A program made the translations under genes and the position numbers. A stretch of 64,000 bases of DNA from the human T2T-CHM13v2.0 reference genome, Homo sapiens. The notes under the pieces are model-generated. The model was given only the letters and a program-made list of their open reading frames with translations. It did not search any database and had not been told where the DNA came from. Below are positions 35,683 through 50,470 of the stretch, piece by piece. The stretch lies in NCBI RefSeq assembly GCF_009914755.1, contig NC_060937.1; one strand, written 5' to 3'. Position 1 is the first letter of the stretch, and every line of letters starts with the position of its first letter.

Positions 35683-38600
35683 AGGTTCCACTCTGTTAGC
35701 TGAGTACACACATCACAAACTTGTTTCTCAGAATCCTTCTGTCTCGTTTTTCTGGGAAGATATTTACTTTTTCACCGTAGGCATCAAAGCGCTCCAAATG
35801 TCCACATCCAGATACTCCAGAAAGAGTGTTTCAAACCTGCTCTATGAAAGGGAATCTTCAACTCTATGAGTTGAATGCAGACATCAGAAAGAAATTTCTG
35901 AGAATGCTGCTGTCTACCTTTTATTTGAATTCCCGCTTCCAACGAAATCCTCCAAGCTATCCAAATATCCACTTGCAGATTCCACAAAAAGAGTGTTTCA
36001 AAACTGCTCTCTATCAATGGCAAAGTTCAACTCTGTTAGTTGAGGACACATATCACCAACAAGTTTCTGAGAATGCTTCTGTCTATTTTTTATGGGAAGA
36101 TATTTCCTTTTTCACCGTAGGCGTCAAGGCGATCGAAATGTCCACTTCCACAAACTACAAAAAGAGTGTTTCAAACCTGCTCTATGAAAGGCCATGTTCA
36201 TCTCTATGAGTCGAATGGAAATATCCGAAAGAAATTTCTGGGAATGCTGCTGTCTAGTTTTTATACGAATTCCCGCTTCCAACGAAATCCTCAAAGCAAT
36301 CCAAATATCCACTTGCAGAATCCACAAAAAGAGTGTTTCAAAACTGCTCTATCAATAGAAAGGTTCAACTCTTTTAGTTGAGTACACACATCACAAACAA
36401 GTTTCTGAGAATGCTTCTGTCTGGCTTTTATTGGAAGACGTTTCCTTTTCACCAAAGGCATCAAAGCGCTCCAAATGTCCACTTCCAGATTCTTCCAAAA
36501 GAGTGTTTGAAACGTGCTCAAAGTAAGGGAATGTTCAACTCTGTGACTTGAATGCAGATATCACCAAGTAGTTTCTAATAGTGCTTCTGTCTAGATTTTA
36601 GATGATGATATTCCCGTTTCCAACGAAATCGTTAGAGCTATCCAAATATCCACTTACAGTTTCTACAAAAAGAGTGTTTCCAAACTGCTGCATCAAAAGA
36701 AAGGTTCAACTCTGTTAGTTGAGGACACACATCACAAAGAAGTTTGTGAGAATGCTTCTGTCTAGATTTTGTATGACCATATTCCCTTTTCCAGCGATAT
36801 CATTAAAGCAATCTAAATATCCATTTGCAGAATCCACAAAAATAGAGTTTCAAAGCTGCTCTGTAAAAAGAAAGGTTCCACTCTGTTAGCTGAGTACACA
36901 CATCACAAACTTGTTTCTGAGAATCCTTCTGTCTCGTTTTTATGGGAAGATATTTACTTTTTCACCGTAGGCATCAAAGCGCTCCAAATGTCCACATCCA
37001 GATACTCCAGAAAGAGTGTTTCAAACCTGCTCTATGAAAGGGAATCTTCAACTCTATGAGTTGAATGCAGACATCAGAAAGAAATTTCTGAGAATGCTGC
37101 TGTCTACCTTTTATTTGAACTCCCGCTTCCAACGAAATCCTCCAAGCTATCCAAATATGCACTTGCATTTTCCACAAAAAGAGTGCTTCAAAACTGCTCT
37201 ATCAATAAATGTTCAACTCCTTTAGCTGGGTGCACACATCACAAACAAGTTTCTGAGAATGCTTCTGTCTAGTTTTTATGGGAAGACATTCCCTTTTTCA
37301 CCAAAGGCATCAAAGCGCTCCAAATGTCCACTTCCAGACACTACAAAAAGAGTGTTTCCAACGTGCTCTAAGAAAGCGAATGTTCAACTCTGTGACTTGA
37401 ATGCAGATATCACAAAGTAGTTTCTGAGAGGGCTTCTGTCTAGATTTTAGATGATGATATTCCCGTTTCCAACGAAATCATTAGAGCTATCCAAATATCC
37501 ACTTACAGTTTCTACAAAAAGAGTGTTTCCAAACTGCTGCATCAAAAGAGAGGTTCCACTCTGTTAGCTGAGTACACACATCACAAACTTGTTTCTGAGA
37601 ATCCTTCTGTGTCGTTTTTATGGGAAGATATTTACTTTTTCACCGTAGGCATCAAAGCGCTCCAAATGTCCACATCCAGATACTCCAGAAAGAGTGTTTC
37701 AAACCTGCTCTATGAAAGGGAATCTTCAACTCTATGAGTTGAATGCAGACATCAGAAAGAAATTTCTGAGAATGCTGCTGTCTACCTTTTATTTGAATTC
37801 CCGCTTCCAACGAAATCCTCCAAGCTATCCAAATATCCACTTGCAGATTCCACAAAAAGAGTGTTTCAAAACTGCTCTCTATCAATGGCAAAGTTCAACT
37901 CTGTTAGTTGAGGACACATATCACCAACAAGTTTCTGAGAATGCTTCTGTCTATTTTTTATGGGAAGATATTTCCTTTTTCACCGTAGGCGTCAAGGCGA
38001 TCGAAATGTCCACTTCCACAAACTACAAAAAGAGTGTTTCAAACCTGCTCTATGAAAGGCCATGTTCATCTCTATGAGTCGAATGGAAATATCCGAAAGA
38101 AATTTCTGGGAATGCTGCTGTCTAGTTTTTATACGAATTCCCGCTTCCAACGAAATCCTCAAAGCAATCCAAATATCCACTTGCAGAATCCACAAAAAGA
38201 GTGTTTCAAAACTGCTCTATCAATAGAAAGGTTCAACTCTTTTAGTTGAGTACACACATCACAAACAAGTTTCTGAGAATGCTTCTGTCTGGCTTTTATT
38301 GGAAGACGTTTCCTTTTCACCAAAGGCATCAAAGCGCTCCAAATGTCCACTTCCAGATTCTTCCAAAAGAGTGTTTGAAACGTGCTCAAAGTAAGGGAAT
38401 GTTCAACTCTGTGACTTGAATGCAGATATCACCAAGTAGTTTCTAATAGTGCTTCTGTCTAGATTTTAGATGATGATATTCCCGTTTCCAACGAAATCGT
38501 TAGAGCTATCCAAATATCCACTTACAGTTTCTACAAAAAGAGTGTTTCCAAACTGCTGCATCAAAAGAAAGGTTCAACTCTGTTAGTTGAGGACACACAT

Positions 38601-41600
38601 CACAAAGAAGTTTGTGAGAATGCTTCTGTCTAGATTTTGTATGACCATATTCCCTTTTCCAGCGATATCATTAAAGCAATCTAAATATCCATTTGCAGAA
38701 TCCACAAAAATAGAGTTTCAAAGCTGCTCTGTAAAAAGAAAGGTTCCACTCTGTTAGCTGAGTACACACATCACAAACTTGTTTCTGAGAATCCTTCTGT
38801 CTCGTTTTTATGGGAAGATATTTACTTTTTCACCGTAGGCATCAAAGCGCTCCAAATGTCCACATCCAGATACTCCAGAAAGAGTGTTTCAAACCTGCTC
38901 TATGAAAGGGAATCTTCAACTCTATGAGTTGAATGCAGACATCAGAAAGAAATTTCTGAGAATGCTGCTGTCTACCTTTTATTTGAATTCCCGCTTCCAA
39001 CGAAATCCTCCAAGCTATCCAAATATCCACCTGCATTTTCCACAAAAAGAGCGTTTCAAAACTGCTCTATCAATAGAAATGTTCAACTCCTTTGGCTGGG
39101 TACACACATCACAAACAAGTTTCTGAGAATGCTTCTGTCTAGTTTTTATGGGAAGACATTCCCTTTTTCACCAAAGGCATCAAAGCGCTCCAAATGTCCA
39201 CTTCCAGACACTACAAAAAGAGTGTTTCCAACGTGCTCTAAGAAAGCGAATGTTCAACTCTGTGACTTGAATGCAGATATCACAAAGTAGTTTCTGAGAG
39301 GGCTTCTGTCTAGATTTTAGATGATGATATTCCCGTTTCCAACGAAATCATTAGAGCTATCCAAATATCCACTTACAGTTTCTACAAAAAGAGTGTTTCC
39401 AAACTGCTGCATCAAAAGAGAGGTTCCACTCTGTTAGCTGAGTACACACATCACAAACTTGTTTCTCAGAATCCTTCTGTCTCGTTTTTCTGGGAAGATA
39501 TTTACTTTTTCACCGTAGGCATCAAAGCGCTCCAAATGTCCACATCCAGATACTCCAGAAAGAGTGTTTCAAACCTGCTCTATGAAAGGGAATCTTCAAC
39601 TCTATGAGTTGAATGCAGACATCAGAAAGAAATTTCTGAGAATGCTGCTGTCTACCTTTTATTTGAATTCCCGCTTCCAACGAAATCCTCCAAGCTATCC
39701 AAATATCCACTTGCAGATTCCACAAAAAGAGTGTTTCAAAACTGCTCTCTATCAATGGCAAAGTTCAACTCTGTTAGTTGAGGACACATATCACCAACAA
39801 GTTTCTGAGAATGCTTCTGTCTATTTTTTATGGGAAGATATTTCCTTTTTCACCGTAGGCGTCAAGGCGATCGAAATGTCCACTTCCACAAACTACAAAA
39901 AGAGTGTTTCAAACCTGCTCTATGAAAGGCCATGTTCATCTCTATGAGTCGAATGGAAATATCCGAAAGAAATTTCTGGGAATGCTGCTGTCTAGTTTTT
40001 ATACGAATTCCCGCTTCCAACGAAATCCTCAAAGCAATCCAAATATCCACTTGCAGAATCCACAAAAAGAGTGTTTCAAAACTGCTCTATCAATAGAAAG
40101 GTTCAACTCTTTTAGTTGAGTACACACATCACAAACAAGTTTCTGAGAATGCTTCTGTCTGGCTTTTATTGGAAGACGTTTCCTTTTCACCAAAGGCATC
40201 AAAGCGCTCCAAATGTCCACTTCCAGATTCTTCCAAAAGAGTGTTTGAAACGTGCTCAAAGTAAGGGAATGTTCAACTCTGTGACTTGAATGCAGATATC
40301 ACCAAGTAGTTTCTAATAGTGCTTCTGTCTAGATTTTAGATGATGATATTCCCGTTTCCAACGAAATCGTTAGAGCTATCCAAATATCCACTTACAGTTG
40401 CTACAAAAACAGTGTTTCCAAACTGCTGCATCAAAAGAAAGGTTCAACTCTGTTAGTTGAGGACACACGTCACAAAGAAGTTTGTGAGAATGCTTCTGTC
40501 TAGATTTTGTATGACGATATTCCCTTTTCCAACGATATCGTTAAAGCAATCTAAATATCCATTTGCAGAATCCACAAAAATAGAGTTTCAAAGCTGCTCT
40601 GTAAAAAGAAAGGTTCCACTCTGTTAGCTGAGTACACACATCACAAACTTGTTTCTCAGAATCCTTCTGTCTCGTTTTTCTGGGAAGATATTTACTTTTT
40701 CACCGTAGGCATCAAAGCGCTCCAAATGTCCACATCCAGATACTCCAGAAAGAGTGTTTCAAACCTGCTCTATGAAAGGGAATCTTCAACTCTATGAGTT
40801 GAATGCAGACATCAGAAAGAAATTTCTGAGAATGCTGCTGTCTACCTTTTATTTGAATTCCCGCTTCCAACGAAATCCTCCAAGCTATCCAAATATCCAC
40901 TTGCAGATTCCACAAAAAGAGTGTTTCAAAACTGCTCTCTATCAATGGCAAAGTTCAACTCTGTTAGTTGAGGACACATATCACCAACAAGTTTCTGAGA
41001 ATGCTTCTGTCTATTTTTTATGGGAAGATATTTCCTTTTTCACCGTAGGCGTCAAGGCGATCGAAATGTCCACTTCCACAAACTACAAAAAGAGTGTTTC
41101 AAACCTGCTCTATGAAAGGCCATGTTCATCTCTATGAGTCGAATGGAAATATCCGAAAGAAATTTCTGGGAATGCTGCTGTCTAGTTTTTATACGAATTC
41201 CCGCTTCCAACGAAATCCTCAAAGCAATCCAAATATCCACTTGCAGAATCCACAAAAAGAGTGTTTCAAAACTGCTCTATCAATAGAAAGGTTCAACTCT
41301 TTTAGTTGAGTACACACATCACAAACAAGTTTCTGAGAATGCTTCTGTCTGGCTTTTATTGGAAGACGTTTCCTTTTCACCAAAGGCATCAAAGCGCTCC
41401 AAATGTCCACTTCCAGATTCTTCCAAAAGAGTGTTTGAAACGTGCTCAAAGTAAGGGAATGTTCAACTCTGTGACTTGAATGCAGATATCACCAAGTAGT
41501 TTCTAATAGTGCTTCTGTCTAGATTTTAGATGATGATATTCCCGTTTCCAACGAAATCGTTAGAGCTATCCAAATATCCACTTACAGTTTCTACAAAAAG

Positions 41601-44600
41601 AGTGTTTCCAAACTGCTGCATCAAAAGAAAGGTTCAACTCTGTTAGTTGAGGACACACATCACAAAGAAGTTTGTGAGAATGCTTCTGTCTATATTTTGT
41701 ATGACCATATTCCCTTTTCCAGCGATATCATTAAAGCAATCTAAATATCCATTTGCAGAATCCACAAAAATAGAGTTTCAAAGCTGCTCTGTAAAAAGAA
41801 AGGTTCCACTCTGTTAGCTGAGTACACACATCACAAACTTGTTTCTCAGAATCCTTCTGTCTCGTTTTTATGGGAAGATATTTACTTTTTCACCGTAGGC
41901 ATCAAAGCGCTCCAAATGTCCACATCCAGATACTCCAGAAAGAGTGTTTCAAACCTGCTCTATGAAAGGGAATCTTCAACTCTATGAGTTGAATGCAGAC
42001 ATCAGAAAGAAATTTCTGAGAATGCTGCTGTCTACCTTTTATTTGAATTCCCGCTTCCAACGAAATCCTCCAAGCTATCCAAATATCCACCTGCATTTTC
42101 CACAAAAAGAGCGTTTCAAAACTGCTCTATCAATAGAAATGTTCAACTCCTTTGGCTGGGTACACACATCACAAACAAGTTTCTGAGAATGCTTCTGTCT
42201 AGTTTTTATGGGAAGACATTCCCTTTTTCACCAAAGGCATCAAAGCGCTCCAAATGTCCACTTCCAGACACTACAAAAAGAGTGTTTCCAACGTGCTCTA
42301 AGAAAGCGAATGTTCAACTCTGTGACTTGAATGCAGATATCACAAAGTAGTTTCTGAGAGGGCTTCTGTCTAGATTTTAGATGATGATATTCCCGTTTCC
42401 AACGAAATCATTAGAGCTATCCAAATATCCACTTACAGTTTCTACAAAAAGAGTGTTTCCAAACTGCTGCATCAAAAGAGAGGTTCCACTCTGTTAGCTG
42501 AGTACACACATCACAAACTTGTTTCTCAGAATCCTTCTGTCTCGTTTTTCTGGGAAGATATTTACTTTTTCACCGTAGGCATCAAAGCGCTCCAAATGTC
42601 CACATCCAGATACTCCAGAAAGAGTGTTTCAAACCTGCTCTATGAAAGGGAATCTTCAACTCTATGAGTTGAATGCAGACATCAGAAAGAAATTTCTGAG
42701 AATGCTGCTGTCTACCTTTTATTTGAATTCCCGCTTCCAACGAAATCCTCCAAGCTATCCAAATATCCACTTGCAGATTCCACAAAAAGAGTGTTTCAAA
42801 ACTGCTCTCTATCAATGGCAAAGTTCAACTCTGTTAGTTGAGGACACATATCACCAACAAGTTTCTGAGAATGCTTCTGTCTATTTTTTATGGGAAGATA
42901 TTTCCTTTTTCACCGTAGGCGTCAAGGCGATCGAAATGTCCACTTCCACAAACTACAAAAAGAGTGTTTCAAACCTGCTCTATGAAAGGCCATGTTCATC
43001 TCTATGAGTCGAATGGAAATATCCGAAAGAAATTTCTGGGAATGCTGCTGTCTAGTTTTTATACGAATTCCCGCTTCCAACGAAATCCTCAAAGCAATCC
43101 AAATATCCACTTGCAGAATCCACAAAAAGAGTGTTTCAAAACTGCTCTATCAATAGAAAGGTTCAACTCTTTTAGTTGAGTACACACATCACAAACAAGT
43201 TTCTGAGAATGCTTCTGTCTGGCTTTTATTGGAAGACGTTTCCTTTTCACCAAAGGCATCAAAGCGCTCCAAATGTCCACTTCCAGATTCTTCCAAAAGA
43301 GTGTTTGAAACGTGCTCAAAGTAAGGGAATGTTCAACTCTGTGACTTGAATGCAGATATCACCAAGTAGTTTCTAATAGTGCTTCTGTCTAGATTTTAGA
43401 TGATGATATTCCCGTTTCCAACGAAATTGTTAGAGCTATCCAAATATCCACTTACAGTTTCTACAAAAAGAGTGTTTCCAAACTGCTGCATCAAAAGAAA
43501 GGTTCAACTCTGTTAGTTGAGGACACACATCACAAAGAAGTTTGTGAGAATGCTTCTGTCTAGATTTTGTATGACCATATTCCCTTTTCCAGCGATATCA
43601 TTAAAGCAATCTAAATATCCATTTGCAGAATCCACAAAAATAGAGTTTCAAAGCTGCTCTGTAAAAAGAAAGGTTCCACTCTGTTAGCTGAGTACACACA
43701 TCACAAACTTGTTTCTGAGAATCCTTCTGTCTCGTTTTTCTGGGAAGATATTTACTTTTTCACCGTAGGCATCAAAGCGCTCCAAATGTCCACATCCAGA
43801 TACTCCAGAAAGAGTGTTTCAAACCTGCTCTATGAAAGGGAATCTTCAACTCTATGAGTTGAATGCAGACATCAGAAAGAAATTTCTGAGAATGCTGCTG
43901 TCTACCTTTTATTTGAATTCCCGCTTCCAACGAAATCCTCCAAGCTATCCAAATATCCACCTGCATTTTCCACAAAAAGAGCGTTTCAAAACTGCTCTAT
44001 CAATAGAAATGTTCAACTCCTTTGGCTGGGTACACACATCACAAACAAGTTTCTGAGAATGCTTCTGTCTAGTTTTTATGGGAAGACATTCCCTTTTTCA
44101 CCAAAGGCATCAAAGCGCTCCAAATGTCCACTTCCAGACACTACAAAAAGAGTGTTTCCAACGTGCTCTAAGAAAGCGAATGTTCAACTCTGTGACTTGA
44201 ATGCAGATATCACAAAGTAGTTTCTGAGAGGGCTTCTGTCTAGATTTTAGATGATGATATTCCCGTTTCCAACGAAATCATTAGAGCTATCCAAATATCC
44301 ACTTACAGTTTCTACAAAAAGAGTGTTTCCAAACTGCTGCATCAAAAGAGAGGTTCCACTCTGTTAGCTGAGTACACACATCACAAACTTGTTTCTCAGA
44401 ATCCTTCTGTCTCGTTTTTCTGGGAAGATATTTACTTTTTCACCGTAGGCATCAAAGCGCTCCAAATGTCCACATCCAGATACTCCAGAAAGAGTGTTTC
44501 AAACCTGCTCTATGAAAGGGAATCTTCAACTCTATGAGTTGAATGCAGACATCAGAAAGAAATTTCTGAGAATGCTGCTGTCTACCTTTTATTTGAATTC

Positions 44601-47600
44601 CCGCTTCCAACGAAATCCTCCAAGCTATCCAAATATCCACTTGCAGATTCCACAAAAAGAGTGTTTCAAAACTGCTCTCTATCAATGGCAAAGTTCAACT
44701 CTGTTAGTTGAGGACACATATCACCAACAAGTTTCTGAGAATGCTTCTGTCTATTTTTTATGGGAAGATATTTCCTTTTTCACCGTAGGCGTCAAGGCGA
44801 TCGAAATGTCCACTTCCACAAACTACAAAAAGAGTGTTTCAAACCTGCTCTATGAAAGGCCATGTTCATCTCTATGAGTCGAATGGAAATATCCGAAAGA
44901 AATTTCTGGGAATGCTGCTGTCTAGTTTTTATACGAATTCCCGCTTCCAACGAAATCCTCAAAGCAATCCAAATATCCACTTGCAGAATCCACAAAAAGA
45001 GTGTTTCAAAACTGCTCTATCAATAGAAAGGTTCAACTCTTTTAGTTGAGTACACACATCACAAACAAGTTTCTGAGAATGCTTCTGTCTGGCTTTTATT
45101 GGAAGACGTTTCCTTTTCACCAAAGGCATCAAAGCGCTCCAAATGTCCACTTCCAGATTCTTCCAAAAGAGTGTTTGAAACGTGCTCAAAGTAAGGGAAT
45201 GTTCAACTCTGTGACTTGAATGCAGATATCACCAAGTAGTTTCTAATAGTGCTTCTGTCTAGATTTTAGATGATGATATTCCCGTTTCCAACGAAATCGT
45301 TAGAGCTATCCAAATATCCACTTACAGTTGCTACAAAAACAGTGTTTCCAAACTGCTGCATCAAAAGAAAGGTTCAACTCTGTTAGTTGAGGACACACGT
45401 CACAAAGAAGTTTGTGAGAATGCTTCTGTCTAGATTTTGTATGACGATATTCCCTTTTCCAACGATATCATTAAAGCAATCTAAATATCCATTTGCAGAA
45501 TCCACAAAAATAGAGTTTCAAAGCTGCTCTGTAAAAAGAAAGGTTCCACTCTGTTAGCTGAGTACACACATCACAAACTTGTTTCTCAGAATCCTTCTGT
45601 CTCGTTTTTATGGGAAGATATTTACTTTTTCACCGTAGGCATCAAAGCGCTCCAAATGTCCACATCCAGATACTCCAGAAAGAGTGTTTCAAACCTGCTC
45701 TATGAAAGGGAATCTTCAACTCTATGAGTTGAATGCAGACATCAGAAAGAAATTTCTGAGAATGCTGCTGTCTACCTTTTATTTGAATTCCCGCTTCCAA
45801 CGAAATCCTCCAAGCTATCCAAATATCCACTTGCAGATTCCACAAAAAGAGTGTTTCAAAACTGCTCTCTATCAATGGCAAAGTTCAACTCTGTTAGTTG
45901 AGGACACATATCACCAACAAGTTTCTGAGAATGCTTCTGTCTATTTTTTATGGGAAGATATTTCCTTTTTCACCGTAGGCGTCAAGGCGATCGAAATGTC
46001 CACTTCCACAAACTACAAAAAGAGTGTTTCAAACCTGCTCTATGAAAGGCCATGTTCATCTCTATGAGTCGAATGGAAATATCCGAAAGAAATTTCTGGG
46101 AATGCTGCTGTCTAGTTTTTATACGAATTCCCGCTTCCAACGAAATCCTCAAAGCAATCCAAATATCCACTTGCAGAATCCACAAAAAGAGTGTTTCAAA
46201 ACTGCTCTATCAATAGAAAGGTTCAACTCTTTTAGTTGAGTACACACATCACAAACAAGTTTCTGAGAATGCTTCTGTCTGGCTTTTATTGGAAGACGTT
46301 TCCTTTTCACCAAAGGCATCAAAGCGCTCCAAATGTCCACTTCCAGATTCTTCCAAAAGAGTGTTTGAAACGTGCTCAAAGTAAGGGAATGTTCAACTCT
46401 GTGACTTGAATGCAGATATCACCAAGTAGTTTCTAATAGTGCTTCTGTCTAGATTTTAGATGATGATATTCCCGTTTCCAACGAAATCGTTAGAGCTATC
46501 CAAATATCCACTTACAGTTGCTACAAAAACAGTGTTTCCAAACTGCTGCATCAAAAGAAAGGTTCAACTCTGTTAGTTGAGGACACACGTCACAAAGAAG
46601 TTTGTGAGAATGCTTCTGTCTAGATTTTGTATGACGATATTCCCTTTTCCAACGATATCGTTAAAGCAATCTAAATATCCATTTGCAGAATCCACAAAAA
46701 TAGAGTTTCAAAGCTGCTCTGTAAAAAGAAAGGTTCCACTCTGTTAGCTGAGTACACACATCACAAACTTGTTTCTCAGAATCCTTCTGTCTCGTTTTTC
46801 TGGGAAGATATTTACTTTTTCACCGTAGGCATCAAAGCGCTCCAAATGTCCACATCCAGATACTCCAGAAAGAGTGTTTCAAACCTGCTCTATGAAAGGG
46901 AATCTTCAACTCTATGAGTTGAATGCAGACATCAGAAAGAAATTTCTGAGAATGCTGCTGTCTACCTTTTATTTGAATTCCCGCTTCCAACGAAATCCTC
47001 CAAGCTATCCAAATATCCACTTGCAGATTCCACAAAAAGAGTGTTTCAAAACTGCTCTCTATCAATGGCAAAGTTCAACTCTGTTAGTTGAGGACACATA
47101 TCACCAACAAGTTTCTGAGAATGCTTCTGTCTATTTTTTATGGGAAGATATTTCCTTTTTCACCGTAGGCGTCAAGGCGATCGAAATGTCCACTTCCACA
47201 AACTACAAAAAGAGTGTTTCAAACCTGCTCTATGAAAGGCCATGTTCATCTCTATGAGTCGAATGGAAATATCCGAAAGAAATTTCTGGGAATGCTGCTG
47301 TCTAGTTTTTATACGAATTCCCGCTTCCAACGAAATCCTCAAAGCAATCCAAATATCCACTTGCAGAATCCACAAAAAGAGTGTTTCAAAACTGCTCTAT
47401 CAATAGAAAGGTTCAACTCTTTTAGTTGAGTACACACATCACAAACAAGTTTCTGAGAATGCTTCTGTCTGGCTTTTATTGGAAGACGTTTCCTTTTCAC
47501 CAAAGGCATCAAAGCGCTCCAAATGTCCACTTCCAGATTCTTCCAAAAGAGTGTTTGAAACGTGCTCAAAGTAAGGGAATGTTCAACTCTGTGACTTGAA

Positions 47601-47920
47601 TGCAGATATCACCAAGTAGTTTCTAATAGTGCTTCTGTCTAGATTTTAGATGATGATATTCCCGTTTCCAACGAAATCGTTAGAGCTATCCAAATATCCA
47701 CTTACAGTTTCTACAAAAAGAGTGTTTCCAAACTGCTGCATCAAAAGAAAGGTTCAACTCTGTTAGTTGAGGACACACATCACAAAGAAGTTTGTGAGAA
47801 TGCTTCTGTCTAGATTTTGTATGACCATATTCCCTTTTCCAGCGATATCATTAAAGCAATCTAAATATCCATTTGCAGAATCCACAAAAATAGAGTTTCA
47901 AAGCTGCTCTGTAAAAAGAA

Positions 47921-50470
47921 AGGTTCCACTCTGTTAGCTGAGTACACACATCACAAACTTGTTTCTCAGAATCCTTCTGTCTCGTTTTTATGGGAAGATA
48001 TTTACTTTTTCACCGTAGGCATCAAAGCGCTCCAAATGTCCACATCCAGATACTCCAGAAAGAGTGTTTCAAACCTGCTCTATGAAAGGGAATCTTCAAC
48101 TCTATGAGTTGAATGCAGACATCAGAAAGAAATTTCTGAGAATGCTGCTGTCTACCTTTTATTTGAATTCCCGCTTCCAACGAAATCCTCCAAGCTATCC
48201 AAATATCCACCTGCATTTTCCACAAAAAGAGCGTTTCAAAACTGCTCTATCAATAGAAATGTTCAACTCCTTTGGCTGGGTACACACATCACAAACAAGT
48301 TTCTGAGAATGCTTCTGTCTAGTTTTTATGGGAAGACATTCCCTTTTTCACCAAAGGCATCAAAGCGCTCCAAATGTCCACTTCCAGACACTACAAAAAG
48401 AGTGTTTCCAACGTGCTCTAAGAAAGCGAATGTTCAACTCTGTGACTTGAATGCAGATATCACAAAGTAGTTTCTGAGAGGGCTTCTGTCTAGATTTTAG
48501 ATGATGATATTCCCGTTTCCAACGAAATCATTAGAGCTATCCAAATATCCACTTACAGTTTCTACAAAAAGAGTGTTTCCAAACTGCTGCATCGAAAGAG
48601 AGGTTCCACTCTGTTAGCTGAGTACACACATCACAAACTTGTTTCTGAGAATCCTTCTGTCTCGTTTTTATGGGAAGATATTTACTTTTTCACCGTAGGC
48701 ATCAAAGCGCTCCAAATGTCCACATCCAGATACTCCAGAAAGAGTGTTTCAAACCTGCTCTATGAAAGGGAATCTTCAACTCTATGAGTTGAATGCAGAC
48801 ATCAGAAAGAAATTTCTGAGAATGCCGCTGTCTACCTTTTATTTGAACTCCCGCTTCCAACGAAATCCTCCAAGCTATCCAAATATCCACTTGCATTTTC
48901 CACAAAAAGAGTGCTTCAAAACTGCTCTATCAATAGAAATGTTCAACTCCTTTAGCTGGGTGCACACATCACAAACAAGTTTCTGAGAATGCTTCTGTCT
49001 AGTTTTTATGGGAAGACATTCCCTTTTTCACCAAAGGCATCAAAGCGCTCCAAATGTCCACTTCCAGACACTACAAAAAGAGTGTTTCCAACGTGCTCTA
49101 AGAAAGCGAATGTTCAACTCTGTGACTTGAATGCAGATATCACAAAGTAGTTTCTGAGAGGGCTTCTGTCCAGATTTTAGATGATGATATTCCCGTTTCC
49201 AACGAAATCATTAGAGCTATCCAAATATCCACTTACAGTTTCTACAAAAAGAGTGTTTCCAAACTGCTGCATCAAAAGAGAGGTTCCACTCTGTTAGCTG
49301 AGTACACACATCACAAACTTGTTTCTCAGAATCCTTCTGTCTCGTTTTTCTGGGAAGATATTTACTTTTTCACCGTAGGCATCAAAGCGCTCCAAATGTC
49401 CACATCCAGATACTCCAGAAAGAGTGTTTCAAACCTGCTCTATGAAAGGGAATCTTCAACTCTATGAGTTGAATGCAGACATCAGAAAGAAATTTCTGAG
49501 AATGCTGCTGTCTACCTTTTATTTGAATTCCCGCTTCCAACGAAATCCTCCAAGCTATCCAAATATCCACTTGCAGATTCCACAAAAAGAGTGTTTCAAA
49601 ACTGCTCTCTATCAATGGCAAAGTTCAACTCTGTTAGTTGAGGACACATATCACCAACAAGTTTCTGAGAATGCTTCTGTCTATTTTTTATGGGAAGATA
49701 TTTCCTTTTTCACCGTAGGCGTCAAGGCGATCGAAATGTCCACTTCCACAAACTACAAAAAGAGTGTTTCAAACCTGCTCTATGAAAGGCCATGTTCATC
49801 TCTATGAGTCGAATGGAAATATCCGAAAGAAATTTCTGGGAATGCTGCTGTCTAGTTTTTATACGAATTCCCGCTTCCAACGAAATCCTCAAAGCAATCC
49901 AAATATCCACTTGCAGAATCCACAAAAAGAGTGTTTCAAAACTGCTCTATCAATAGAAAGGTTCAACTCTTTTAGTTGAGTACACACATCACAAACAAGT
50001 TTCTGAGAATGCTTCTGTCTGGCTTTTATTGGAAGACGTTTCCTTTTCACCAAAGGCATCAAAGCGCTCCAAATGTCCACTTCCAGATTCTTCCAAAAGA
50101 GTGTTTGAAACGTGCTCAAAGTAAGGGAATGTTCAACTCTGTGACTTGAATGCAGATATCACCAAGTAGTTTCTAATAGTGCTTCTGTCTAGATTTTAGA
50201 TGATGATATTCCCGTTTCCAACGAAATCGTTAGAGCTATCCAAATATCCACTTACAGTTTCTACAAAAAGAGTGTTTCCAAACTGCTGCATCAAAAGAAA
50301 GGTTCAACTCTGTTAGTTGAGGACACACATCACAAAGAAGTTTGTGAGAATGCTTCTGTCTAGATTTTGTATGACCATATTCCCTTTTCCAGCGATATCA
50401 TTAAAGCAATCTAAATATCCATTTGCAGAATCCACAAAAATAGAGTTTCAAAGCTGCTCTGTAAAAAGAA
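47921..50470 (-). repeat. Single 15-mer HOR variant (b + a' + S, 2550 bp) with two tandem 4-mers
   Basis: ORF starts 48064, 48744 and 49424 are spaced 680+680. This is the only 4-mer/4-mer adjacency in the window. Confidence 0.93.

Noticed and set aside
43428-43428. CpG>TpG change next to a CENP-B box
   Set aside because: It lies outside the 17-bp box and is an ordinary singleton transition.
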